Below, in pieces: positions 55,862 through 63,449 of a DNA stretch of 63,449 bases (positions are counted from its first letter, which is position 1; each line of letters opens with the position of its first letter). Made by a program: the position numbers and the translations under genes. This stretch comes from a virus (Duplodnaviria; Caudoviricetes). Location of the stretch: positions 1 through 63,449 of the IMG/VR virus record IMGVR_UViG_3300012986_000064, one strand, 5' to 3'. The notes beneath the pieces are model-generated. The model searched no databases and was not told where the DNA came from. It saw only the letters and a program-made list of their open reading frames with translations.

Positions 55862-56162
55862 TGCGGCGCTCCTTCCCATACATGTTTTCCACAACAATGT
55901 CGAGCAGCGTTTTGCGTGGACGCTGGGGCTTTGCTACACTGTGGTGCGTGCAAAGCGGCGATGTCCACATTCGCACCTCCATAGGCGGTTCGGGCAGCAC
56001 AACTGGCACCGAAGGCAACGACGCGTTATGCGCTGCATCGGGTCCAAGCATGTTATGCTGGAGCTCTGCCGGCGTCAGCATCCGGTGCTCTGGCAGATTG
56101 CCTAGAGCATACTTTTGGTAGCCAGCCAGAAATCTGGCTACCGTTTTAGATGAGTAACCCAT
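55854..56162 (-). CDS. Small protein carrying a copy of methyltransferase motif IV
   Basis: MWTSPLCTHHSVAK versus IWASPSCTHHSIAR in the adjacent MTase. Confidence 0.6.
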   Translation of the reverse strand: MGYSSKTVARFLAGYQKYALGNLPEHRMLTPAELQHNMLGPDAAHNASLPSVPVVLPEPPMEVRMWTSPLCTHHSVAKPQRPRKTLLDIVVENMYGKERRNG

Positions 56163-56187
56163 AAAAGTGAGGTTGATAAGTGTGCTG

Positions 56188-56268
56188 TGGGTGCGGGGTG
56201 GGCTCGAACCACCAACCACCGGCGCAAGTCGAGGCGCCGGCCGCTCTACCAATTGATGCTACCGCCCC
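56188..56268 (-). tRNA. tRNA-like element with enlarged anticodon arm (atypical or pseudo-tRNA)
   Basis: GGGGCGG TA GCATC AATTGGTA GAGC G GCCGGCGC CTCGACTT GCGCCGGT GGTT GGTGG TTCGAGC CCACC CCGCACCCA. Confidence 0.65.
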
Positions 56269-56303
56269 AGGGTGGCCCAGCTACCGCAGCAGCTGGGCCG
56301 GTT

Positions 56304-56537
56304 TTAGTCTGTTTCAGTGGTGTGTCCTTGGCACCCTTTCTGATAATCCCAGTTATCGCAAGAGCCCATCGGCAGCACTTTTCGGCCCTGTTCCAATTGT
56401 TCCAGCAGCCACATGCGCGCTGCGCGGGGTTTCATGGGCTGGCCGTCATCATGTTCTATGCAGGCCAGCTGTTTTTTCTTCCAGTTCAGCAGGGCGCCTT
56501 TGATATCGACGCCCATGCAATAGGACTTGTGAGGCAT
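56304..56537 (-). CDS. Hypothetical protein (77 aa)
   Basis: MPHKSYC...CDNWDYQKGCQGH; operon packing. Confidence 0.6.
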   Translation of the reverse strand: MPHKSYCMGVDIKGALLNWKKKQLACIEHDDGQPMKPRAARMWLLEQLEQGRKVLPMGSCDNWDYQKGCQGHTTETD

Positions 56538-56541
56538 CAGA

Positions 56542-57270
56542 CTAAGACACGTAGATGACGGAGCAGCCGAAGCCGGTGAAGTAGTCCGTTTCCTCCTTGA
56601 TGTACTCTTCCTTCTTCTGCAGCAGCAGGTCAAGCAGCTGGGGCGAGTCCATGTAGAGCTTGGCGGTGTTGCCCTCGGCATCCACGCCGAACTCCACCTC
56701 AAACCGCTCTTTGGGGTAGCCCTTGTAAATGGGCATGCACAGCACGAAGGGCGCGGGAATGTTCCCTTCTACCTTCACCGTCACGGCCCGGCGGGCGTTC
56801 CCGTCCTGGCTGCTGGCCTCTTCGAACATCTTGTTCACCCCAATGCTCCAGTTGCGCAGGTGGGTAATCAGGGCCACCTGCGCTTCCTGGGTGGCGAAGT
56901 AGGGCCGCATGCGCTTCACCAGCTCAATCAGCTGGGGTACCGTCCAGCGCTCGCCCGAGTTGAGCTTGAACTGGGCAATGGCTTCGCTGGGTTCCAGCTT
57001 GCCAGTGATGACATCGGCCGACTCGTGGCTTTTCTCGGCACCGATAAAGCGCACCGTGCCCTTCTCGGCATCGACCTCAAACGTGCACTGGGTAGGCGTA
57101 TAGTTGGCTTCCTTGGGCTTGACGAACAGGCGGGGCGTATCCAGCCGGCCGGAATAGCTGAGCTTGGCGGGAGCCTTAAGGGGCTCGGCTGCCTGGCCCG
57201 TGAGCAGGGTGAACACGCCGTTGGCCGTGTTCTCGGGTTTTACAACGACAGAAGGAGTTTCGCTTTTCAT
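56542..57270 (-). CDS. DUF2303/YfdQ-like phage protein
   Basis: IPAPFVLCMPIYKG pattern, size and early-operon position. Confidence 0.55.
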   Translation of the reverse strand: MKSETPSVVVKPENTANGVFTLLTGQAAEPLKAPAKLSYSGRLDTPRLFVKPKEANYTPTQCTFEVDAEKGTVRFIGAEKSHESADVITGKLEPSEAIAQFKLNSGERWTVPQLIELVKRMRPYFATQEAQVALITHLRNWSIGVNKMFEEASSQDGNARRAVTVKVEGNIPAPFVLCMPIYKGYPKERFEVEFGVDAEGNTAKLYMDSPQLLDLLLQKKEEYIKEETDYFTGFGCSVIYVS

Positions 57271-57321
57271 TGAAAAGGCTGTTAAAAAGTGGGGGTGAGG
57301 TACTGCAGTGGCCGAAGCCGA

Positions 57322-57774
57322 TTAGTCGATGATGCGCATGCTGATGTGGCGCTGGGCATCTTCCGGCCCAGCCCGGCGGCGGCTCAGCCACGTCCCGTTT
57401 TCGTTGTATTTGTCCACGAAGCGGCCGTCCTCGCTCATGATGGAGTACACCTTGCCCGACGCTTTCACCGATTCGTGCGTGATGTCATCGAGCAGCCCTT
57501 TGTTGGCTTTGCTCAGGCGGGTGGCGCGGCCGTTGAGGTCGGCCGTCACGCGGCGCTTTTCTTCGGCGATGCGGTTGAGCTCCACCGAGTTTTCAACCAG
57601 CTCGTTTTTGCGGTCGGTCAGCTCCGCTTCGGAGAGGGGCCGCATGTAGGTTTCCTCCGAAATGGTGTGCGCCAACGCTTCGAGGTTGTCGGCCCGTTCC
57701 TTGGGCGTCATGCCCTGGAACAAGTCGGCCTGGTTTTCATCAGTTGCCGGGGTAATGAGAATGGCGTTTTGCAT
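57322..57774 (-). CDS. Conserved coiled-coil phage protein
   Basis: 150 aa with GC-biased codons, operon partner of the downstream gene. Confidence 0.7.
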   Translation of the reverse strand: MQNAILITPATDENQADLFQGMTPKERADNLEALAHTISEETYMRPLSEAELTDRKNELVENSVELNRIAEEKRRVTADLNGRATRLSKANKGLLDDITHESVKASGKVYSIMSEDGRFVDKYNENGTWLSRRRAGPEDAQRHISMRIID

Positions 57775-57812
57775 GAAGTGATGGGGTAAAAAGTGAATGT
57801 GAAAGCAGTAAG

Positions 57813-58148
57813 TCAGGCCGCTTTGCGGTAGCTGTGGCGGGTCAGGTAGGCATCCACTGCGGATTGCCGCACCCGCGCCCCACGCTCGAAGCCGGTATCA
57901 CCGGCCGGGATTTTGGGCGCAATGGCGGGCTGCTCGGGCTTGCCATTCTTAGCGGCCCGGTAGGGGCGGCCCAGCACCAGCAGCCGCATGTGAGGCTCAC
58001 TGAGCCGGGCGTAAGCCGCGGCCTCGGGAATCGTCAGCCACGGGTCGGGTGGGGGCAGGCGCTGGTAGTATTCGCGGGCCTGCTGCTCGTACACCTGCGA
58101 CGCCAACGCCTTCAGGTCAAAGTCTTCGGGAAGGTTGATGGACAACAT
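57813..58148 (-). CDS. Excisionase-like HTH protein
   Basis: WLTIPEAAAYARLS...RVRQSAVDAYL. Confidence 0.7.
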   Translation of the reverse strand: MLSINLPEDFDLKALASQVYEQQAREYYQRLPPPDPWLTIPEAAAYARLSEPHMRLLVLGRPYRAAKNGKPEQPAIAPKIPAGDTGFERGARVRQSAVDAYLTRHSYRKAA

Positions 58149-58822
58149 CAGGCAGCGGTTTCAATGGGTTCTACCATCTCGTCACTGCCGGCGGCCCGGG
58201 CAGGTGCCGGCCGTTTTGCCAGCTTTTCGCGGGTTATCTGCGTCTTCATCCGCAGTGCTGCTTCGTTCAGGTGGGGGATGGTCAGGGCCGCTTTGCGCCG
58301 TTCCTCAGGCGTCACCCGGCTATCCTTTAGCAGGTCCTGCAGCTCATCCAGCGCCTGCTGCCGGCCGTCGCCTTGCAGGGCTGGGTGGGAAGGGGTATCA
58401 TGGGCATCAATCAGGCTCTGGAGCTTGGTAATGGTTTCCTCTGCTTGCTGATAATCGAGCTTGTTGATGCCCAGCAGCGTCTTGGTGAGCAGCTGCCGGG
58501 AAATGGCGGGGTGCAGCACCTGCGTACCGATGCGCTCCTTTTGCTCGGCCGTGGCCCAGACTTCCGGCGCAACCTGCGCTGGGGCCGGGGCTGCCGCCAT
58601 GCGCAGCACCAGGGCAAACATTTCCTGCTGGAGCGGGGTGAAGCCGGCCAGCGCTTGCAGGTGCTGAATAGCCGCCCGCAGCTTGGCCAGGATTACCGAC
58701 GATTCCAGCGACGTAAGGGTGCCGTAGCCAATGCGCTGCTTGTGGGACTTGGGCAATTCATCCAGCAGCCGCTTCAGCTCATGTGCCAGCTCGGCATAGG
58801 TATAATCAGTCGCGTGTGCCAT
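58148..58822 (-). CDS. Protein with two helical ATAxQKE-type repeats
   Basis: WATAEQKERI...INKL and a second degenerate repeat; paralogous domain in 19797-20570. Confidence 0.7.
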   Translation of the reverse strand: MAHATDYTYAELAHELKRLLDELPKSHKQRIGYGTLTSLESSVILAKLRAAIQHLQALAGFTPLQQEMFALVLRMAAAPAPAQVAPEVWATAEQKERIGTQVLHPAISRQLLTKTLLGINKLDYQQAEETITKLQSLIDAHDTPSHPALQGDGRQQALDELQDLLKDSRVTPEERRKAALTIPHLNEAALRMKTQITREKLAKRPAPARAAGSDEMVEPIETAA

Positions 58823-58842
58823 AAATGGAGTAGATTTGTAGC

Positions 58843-58917
58843 GTTCTTGTGAAAGAGAATTCGTCAGGCGGTCAAGAGCCTGGCAGTAGCGGCAGCCCGG
58901 CAAGGCTGCCGTTTTTC
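58843..58917 (+). ncRNA. Predicted cis-antisense sRNA 2
   Basis: TAGATTTG at 58831-58838 on + strand; hairpins; terminator CGGCAGCC-CGGCAA-GGCTGCCG TTTTT (58890-58916). Confidence 0.55.
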
Positions 58918-59104
58918 ATTGCTGCTCGCTGGACTCTTTATCGGTCGAGTTCTTTGAAGCATATGTGGGCGTTGTGTGGCAGAGCATGGCAGCGAAGACG
59001 ACCCAGCCCCAGCCATCGCGCTGTAGGTAAATGAGGTAGGCGGCGAGGCCGAGCAAGCCGAGCGCAACGAGGTTGGCCGAAAGGATGATTAGGGCTGCTT
59101 TCAT
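58916..59104 (-). CDS. Small 2-TM protein
   Basis: Hydrophobic 62 aa; ATGA overlap. Confidence 0.65.
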   Translation of the reverse strand: MKAALIILSANLVALGLLGLAAYLIYLQRDGWGWVVFAAMLCHTTPTYASKNSTDKESSEQQ

Positions 59105-59292
59105 TGCTGCATCAGCAGATTGCCCTGCGCACTGAAGCCCGCAACCGGGCGCGTGATGGGATGGGCATCGAAGCCGGTCACGTACCGTTCCCGGTACAGT
59201 TGGCCGTCAGCCCCCACGAAGTATTCTTCCGTTGTGGCTGGCCGTAGCAGGCAGGCCCGGACGTTGTGCAGGAAGCGGCGTAGGCGTTTCAT
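59101..59292 (-). CDS. Hypothetical 63-aa protein
   Basis: MKRLRRFLHNVRACLL...; ATGA overlaps on both sides. Confidence 0.55.
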   Translation of the reverse strand: MKRLRRFLHNVRACLLRPATTEEYFVGADGQLYRERYVTGFDAHPITRPVAGFSAQGNLLMQQ

Positions 59293-59438
59293 GCGGTCAG
59301 CGCCCGGATAATGAGCCACACCATGCCAGCGAGCGTCAGGCTGAAGCTGGCTGCCACAAAGGCCCAGGCAAGTGGTTTGCCCACGCGGTGCCACCAGTTG
59401 CGGCGGCGGTTGAGGTTCGGGGTGAAAAGGCGAGCCAT
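59289..59438 (-). CDS. 49-aa single-TM protein (below ORF-track cut-off)
   Basis: Manual translation MARLFTPNLNRRRNWWHRVGKPLAWAFVAASFSLTLAGMVWLIIRALTA. Confidence 0.55.
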   Translation of the reverse strand: MARLFTPNLNRRRNWWHRVGKPLAWAFVAASFSLTLAGMVWLIIRALTA

Positions 59439-59441
59439 GGA

Positions 59442-59888
59442 TTAAGCCGCAACGCGGAGGCGAGAGGTGGAACGCTGGGGATACATCGGAATCACTTTGG
59501 CGCCCTGGCTGCGGCTGAGCGAGAGCACATGCGCGTAGTCCGTGATGTCGATTTCGGAGAGGTACATCGGCAGCAGCTTGTCGAAAAACACTTCCTCCTG
59601 AATCGCATCGGGCCGCTGCGTGGCCTCGCGCAGGGCGAAGGGGATGCTGCAGCCCGCGCCGGGCCGGGCCGCCACGTAGGCCCGCAGGCAGTAGGGCGTT
59701 TCGTCGACGTCCTTGCACAGGCAGAAGCCCAGCAGGGGCACGGCCGCGCCGGCAGGGTAGCCGACCAGGGGCACATCGAAGTGCAGCATGTCACCGGCTT
59801 TAAAGCCATCGGTGACGTCGAACCGGGTGCGGGGCGTAGCAGCGCACGGCAGGCTCGGGATGAGCGGAAGTTGCTTGTTGATTTTCAT
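59442..59888 (-). CDS. Hypothetical protein (148 aa)
   Basis: Second gene of the early operon. Confidence 0.65.
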   Translation of the reverse strand: MKINKQLPLIPSLPCAATPRTRFDVTDGFKAGDMLHFDVPLVGYPAGAAVPLLGFCLCKDVDETPYCLRAYVAARPGAGCSIPFALREATQRPDAIQEEVFFDKLLPMYLSEIDITDYAHVLSLSRSQGAKVIPMYPQRSTSRLRVAA

Positions 59889-59936
59889 TGTGAAAGAGTG
59901 AAGGGGTAAGGCAGTGAAAGAGGAAGCGGCAACTTC

Positions 59937-60167
59937 CTAGGCGGCTGCCAGCGACTCGGCCAGCGATTCAAGAATTTCAGTTAGTCGCTCATCAGAGCTG
60001 GCCCCGCTCAGCACGTTGTTGAGTTTGATGGCACCCGAGCGAGTGTCGTATTCGGGGTGGCGTTCCACCACAAGGGCCCGGACGTTTTGCGGCAGCCGGG
60101 GGCGCACGGCGAACACCCGGGTTTTTAGCTCGGTCGGGGTAACCGTCTTCTTTTTTGTGGGTATCAT
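59937..60167 (-). CDS. Cro-like small regulator
   Basis: 76 aa, divergent from CI. Confidence 0.55.
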   Translation of the reverse strand: MIPTKKKTVTPTELKTRVFAVRPRLPQNVRALVVERHPEYDTRSGAIKLNNVLSGASSDERLTEILESLAESLAAA

Positions 60168-60198
60168 TGTGTAGTGTTGTTAATGGTATTGCAAATAA

Positions 60199-60214
60199 AG
60201 AAAGCATACTTTCT
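60199..60214. promoter_or_regulatory. Putative CI/Cro operator
   Basis: Palindrome AGAAAG-CATA-CTTTCT between cro and cI; similar site at ~60240-60256. Confidence 0.5.
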
Positions 60215-60224
60215 AAAAGCAAGC

Positions 60225-61175
60225 ATGGTTTCCAATAAGGAAAAAGAATACCTTCCGCCCAAGCGTAACGAGCTGTGGTACAGTCAGAAAATTTCTGAGT
60301 TGCGCAAGCACTTAGGATTGTCGCAAGCAGCCTTTGCCAAGAAGTTGGGAGTTTCTGGGGCCGCTATAGGCCAGTTGGAGCGCGGGGAAAGCAAAAGCCC
60401 GAGTGCTGACTTGCTGGGTGCCTTGACAAGTATGCTTTCCGTGAATCTGGACTGGCTGCTCAACAATGAGGGCCCAATGCTCAAATCCGACCAGAATTCT
60501 GCAGGGTCACAAAATAATTTGTCGTATGAGCCTGGTGGTCTGGCCAGCACCACCAGCGACCCAGAGGCCACGTACCGGCCCGAGCCGCGCCACTACGTTG
60601 TCGACGATGGCGTCAACAGCTCGGCTCTACTTTATAATATCAAGACGGCGGCCAGCTACCTGACCGGCTACCAGAGCCAGGAGCAGCCCGAGCCGGACGG
60701 CGTGATTACCCTGCCGCGCTGGCTCCTGAAGAGCGGCGAGCACGCCGTGTTTCCGGTACTGGGCGAATCCATGGAGCCCACGTTTTTCGGCGGGGATTAT
60801 GTGCTGTGCCGTTTTCTGCGCCCCGAAGAGTGGGCCAGCCTGCGGCCTGAAACAGTGTGTGTTGTGGTCAGCGAAAACCGTGGCCTGCAACTTAAGCGCA
60901 TCAAGCTGCGGCCATCGGAAAAACTAATCCGCTGCAAGTCCGATAATCGCCAGCACCCGGCGTTTAATCTGCCTTATGATGAGGTGCTGGAGCTGTGGCG
61001 CTTCGAATGGCGCCTGACGGCGAACGCGGCTAACCTGTCGGAAACCGTGTTCGGCAAGGTCGACGCCCTGGAAGACGACGTGGCCGACCTGCGCAGCCTG
61101 GTTGAGCAGCTGATTGATAAGAAGGAACTGCAGCGACTGGATTCGCAAAAAGGCCGGAAGCCCTCAGTAGAATGA
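60225..61175 (+). CDS. CI-like repressor (XRE HTH + S24 peptidase)
   Basis: LRKHLGLSQAAFAKKLGVS...LERG; VLGESMEP; LKRI; SDN. Confidence 0.9.
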   Translation: MVSNKEKEYLPPKRNELWYSQKISELRKHLGLSQAAFAKKLGVSGAAIGQLERGESKSPSADLLGALTSMLSVNLDWLLNNEGPMLKSDQNSAGSQNNLSYEPGGLASTTSDPEATYRPEPRHYVVDDGVNSSALLYNIKTAASYLTGYQSQEQPEPDGVITLPRWLLKSGEHAVFPVLGESMEPTFFGGDYVLCRFLRPEEWASLRPETVCVVVSENRGLQLKRIKLRPSEKLIRCKSDNRQHPAFNLPYDEVLELWRFEWRLTANAANLSETVFGKVDALEDDVADLRSLVEQLIDKKELQRLDSQKGRKPSVE

Positions 61176-61220
61176 CAACGCCTTACCTCGCTACTGTCAA
61201 TTCTAATCAGCCCTTTTCTT

Positions 61221-61802
61221 ATGAATACACCCTTTGCGCGTTTTGGCTACTGCAGCCTGTTAGGCCTCGGCTTAGCACTTTCTGCATGTAGCAAGGATGA
61301 TGACTTTCTAACAAAAAGCTATAGCGTAACCAACAATACCGGTTTTGATGCCTCATTCACTAGCCGGTCAAATGGAGACACTTTTTCTGTGCCTAACAAC
61401 CGCACCACGGATTTCAAGTCGGAGACTTCGGTTATTGGCTTATTCGATATAACCTCAACCCAAACGCCCTTGCGCTTTGGCACGACGGAAACAGGTGCGA
61501 ATCAATACCGTCTTTACACGTATGGCGCCGATTTAGAGTATCGGATTACGGGAGCTGGAGCAGCTACTACAGCTGACCTTACTTTTCAGAATGCACAAGG
61601 CGGCACGTCGCAACAGAGTAACGTTAGGCTACCTGCCGCTATACCCATTCGCGTCTTCTCAGGTGGGTTTGTTTACATCTCCGCCCAGAATAGGGCTTCA
61701 AGTGGGGGAGTTACGGTTGAGATATACCGAAGAGGGCAGCAGTTTGGCAGCAACTCGGCTTATGGTGGGTACTGCATTGCAACCGCCTCAGGCACCTTTT
61801 AG
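61221..61802 (+). CDS. Lipoprotein in the lysogeny operon (Ig/MmpS-like C-domain; possible superinfection exclusion)
   Basis: LALSA-CSKDDD lipobox; LEYRITG...ISAQN...VTVEIY. Confidence 0.7.
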   Translation: MNTPFARFGYCSLLGLGLALSACSKDDDFLTKSYSVTNNTGFDASFTSRSNGDTFSVPNNRTTDFKSETSVIGLFDITSTQTPLRFGTTETGANQYRLYTYGADLEYRITGAGAATTADLTFQNAQGGTSQQSNVRLPAAIPIRVFSGGFVYISAQNRASSGGVTVEIYRRGQQFGSNSAYGGYCIATASGTF

Positions 61803-61803
61803 C

Positions 61804-62139
61804 ATGCTGACGCCTGTAACCCAGCGCCTGCCCGACTTCGACCAGGCCGCCACCGACCGCCGTTTTCTAACTGAGTTGGACCGCCTGTTGCAAACCGGGG
61901 CGTTCAGCTCATACCGGGAATTGGCCCTGCAGTTGGACATATCCCCCGGCCTGTTCGCAGCCATTGAAGCTGGTCGTTACCACTGCAACCTAAAGCTGCT
62001 CTACGAACTGACCCGCCATTACCCCGCTGCTGACCTATCCTTTATTCTATATGGCGCAGCCGCGGGTAATCGCCCCGAGCCTACTGGGGTTCCTGTACGC
62101 GAACGGGGGCGTCGTTGGACCAATGCCACTACTAAGTAA
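61804..62139 (+). CDS. XRE-like HTH protein
   Basis: SYRELALQLDISPGLFAAIEAGR...DLSFILYG. Confidence 0.7.
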   Translation: MLTPVTQRLPDFDQAATDRRFLTELDRLLQTGAFSSYRELALQLDISPGLFAAIEAGRYHCNLKLLYELTRHYPAADLSFILYGAAAGNRPEPTGVPVRERGRRWTNATTK

Positions 62140-62144
62140 GCGCA

Positions 62145-63449
62145 ATGGTTGAGCCTAAAATTCGTTTTTACTTGCACAGCAAGGTGTCGGCCGATGGCCG
62201 GCGCCCGGTGTACTTGTCGGTGGGCATTGGCGAAACACGGCCCGTGCGCCAGGCCACCGGCGTGGTCGTACACCCCACGTATTTTTCCCCTGCTGCGCCC
62301 CACATCTTAAAAGGGGCCGACGGCCGGGTGGCCTACAACGAGCGGCTGGATGAGCTGCGGGTGCTGACCTCCAAGCTCTGCCGCCAGCTGGCCGATGCTG
62401 GCACCCTCACCAACGCAGTCCTGGCCCCAGCACTGAAAGAAGCCGTAGCGCAGCTGCTCCATAAAAAAACAGCCGCCGCCCCCGCCGCGGCACCAGCCGC
62501 CGCCAAGCCCGCTGCGGCCGTGCCCCTGGCAGCCCAGCCGCTGCGGGCCAGCTTTGCCGCATGGAAAGAAGAAAACGCTGCGCAGTTTTCGGCGACCTAC
62601 TTAAATAAAGGCAGCCAGTACCTGGACTGGATGGAAAAGTTTGATGCCGACGCCACGCCAGCCGACATCGACGACAAGTGGGTGAAGCGCTACTGCAGCT
62701 ATCTGGTGACGGACACGCCCCTGTTCAACAACACCATTCACCAACACCTGAACTGTCTGCGGGCGCTGCTGCAGCAGGCCGGGCTGCCGACGAAGTGGCT
62801 AAAGAATAAGTGGAAGCACCCCGTGCCGAAGTGCTACCTCACCTTTGAGGAGCTGGAGCAGCTGACGGCCTGGGAGCCACCGGCAAACAAGCCCAGCTGG
62901 GCCCGCCAGCGCGACGTGTTCGTGGCCCGCTGTCTGTGTGGCCTGCGCTACTCCGACGCCCAGGCGCTGCTCGTGCCCCACATCCGGGCCGGCCAAAACA
63001 CCAACCTCATCCGGCTCGACCAGCAGAAGACCCGCTCGGCCGTGCAGATTCCCGTAGTAGAGCTGCTGCAAAAAATTCTGGACCGCTACGCCGGGCTGCC
63101 CGCCGGCAAGGCCCTGCCCGTCATCTCGCGCCAGCAAACCGGGGCATTGATAAAAGAAATTTTGCAGGCCGCGGGCATCAACGCGCCCTTTGTGCAGGTC
63201 CGCTACAAAGGCACGGTGAAGCACGAAAAGGTGATGCCCAAATGGAAGGCGGCCAGCACGCACACGGCCCGCCATACCTACGGGGCGCTGCTGGCCCGCA
63301 TGAAGCTGGACCCGCTGACGATGCGCGACTTGATGGGCCACGGCGACCTGAAGTCGACGATGGTGTACGTGCACCTGGAAGCCGACGCCACGGAGAAATC
63401 CGTGCTGGAAGGGTGGGAGAAAATGAGCAGCCTCGGGGCGAAAAAGTAG
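62145..63449 (+). CDS. int: Tyrosine integrase (Bacteroidetes-type arm-binding + SAM-like + catalytic domains)
   Basis: GLRYSD, K, HTARH, LMGH, Y catalytic residues. Confidence 0.95.
   Translation: MVEPKIRFYLHSKVSADGRRPVYLSVGIGETRPVRQATGVVVHPTYFSPAAPHILKGADGRVAYNERLDELRVLTSKLCRQLADAGTLTNAVLAPALKEAVAQLLHKKTAAAPAAAPAAAKPAAAVPLAAQPLRASFAAWKEENAAQFSATYLNKGSQYLDWMEKFDADATPADIDDKWVKRYCSYLVTDTPLFNNTIHQHLNCLRALLQQAGLPTKWLKNKWKHPVPKCYLTFEELEQLTAWEPPANKPSWARQRDVFVARCLCGLRYSDAQALLVPHIRAGQNTNLIRLDQQKTRSAVQIPVVELLQKILDRYAGLPAGKALPVISRQQTGALIKEILQAAGINAPFVQVRYKGTVKHEKVMPKWKAASTHTARHTYGALLARMKLDPLTMRDLMGHGDLKSTMVYVHLEADATEKSVLEGWEKMSSLGAKK

Larger units (their letters stand above)
1..63449. mobile_element. 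Temperate siphovirus-type prophage of a Bacteroidetes host (near complete; att sites not visible in window)
   Basis: Integrase, CI/Cro, replication, terminase, portal, capsid, tail, tape measure and lysis genes in modular order. Confidence 0.95.

Noticed and set aside
62476-62535. Ala/Pro low-complexity run in the integrase
   Set aside because: In-frame linker typical of GC-rich genomes
1-63449. attL/attR sites
   Set aside because: The window starts at an ATG and ends at the integrase stop; no terminal direct repeat is visible

Overview
The window is one near-complete temperate siphovirus-type prophage, running from an end moron (1-564) to a tyrosine integrase (62145-63449). The host is inferred to be a GC-rich Bacteroidetes, Hymenobacter-like, from TAnnTTTG-type promoter boxes and leaderless or SD-less starts. 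From right to left it carries: integrase; CI/Cro switch; an early/replication operon (excisionase-like, DUF2303-like, C5 methyltransferase, PAPS-reductase family, HNH, DUF4373 initiator, DnaC-like ATPase, DEDDh exonuclease, Gp37Gp68, ASCH); a terminase-tail tube-portal-scaffold-capsid module that from memory resembles Bacteroides phage B40-8/B124-14; a ~9 kb AT-rich accessory/defence array; a frameshifting tail chaperone; an endolysin; an RHH regulatory module; tail genes; and a lysis cassette. Six things stand out. (1) There are two intact paralogous tape-measure genes of nearly equal length. (2) The junctions of the accessory array are made of two repeat families that both trace to the small module at 18.7-21.1 kb: a terminator-promoter unit, and synonymously diverged 3' tails of the RHH gene. 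(3) An ~140-bp inverted repeat flanks the 8.5-kb block that holds TMP2. (4) A palindromic TAATGT-N13-ACATTA element occurs six times at late genes. (5) An ethylene-receptor-like TM+PAS sensor sits inside the lysis cassette. (6) Two paralogous genes are each overlapped by a predicted cis-antisense sRNA. All family assignments are by eye from motifs; no searches were run.
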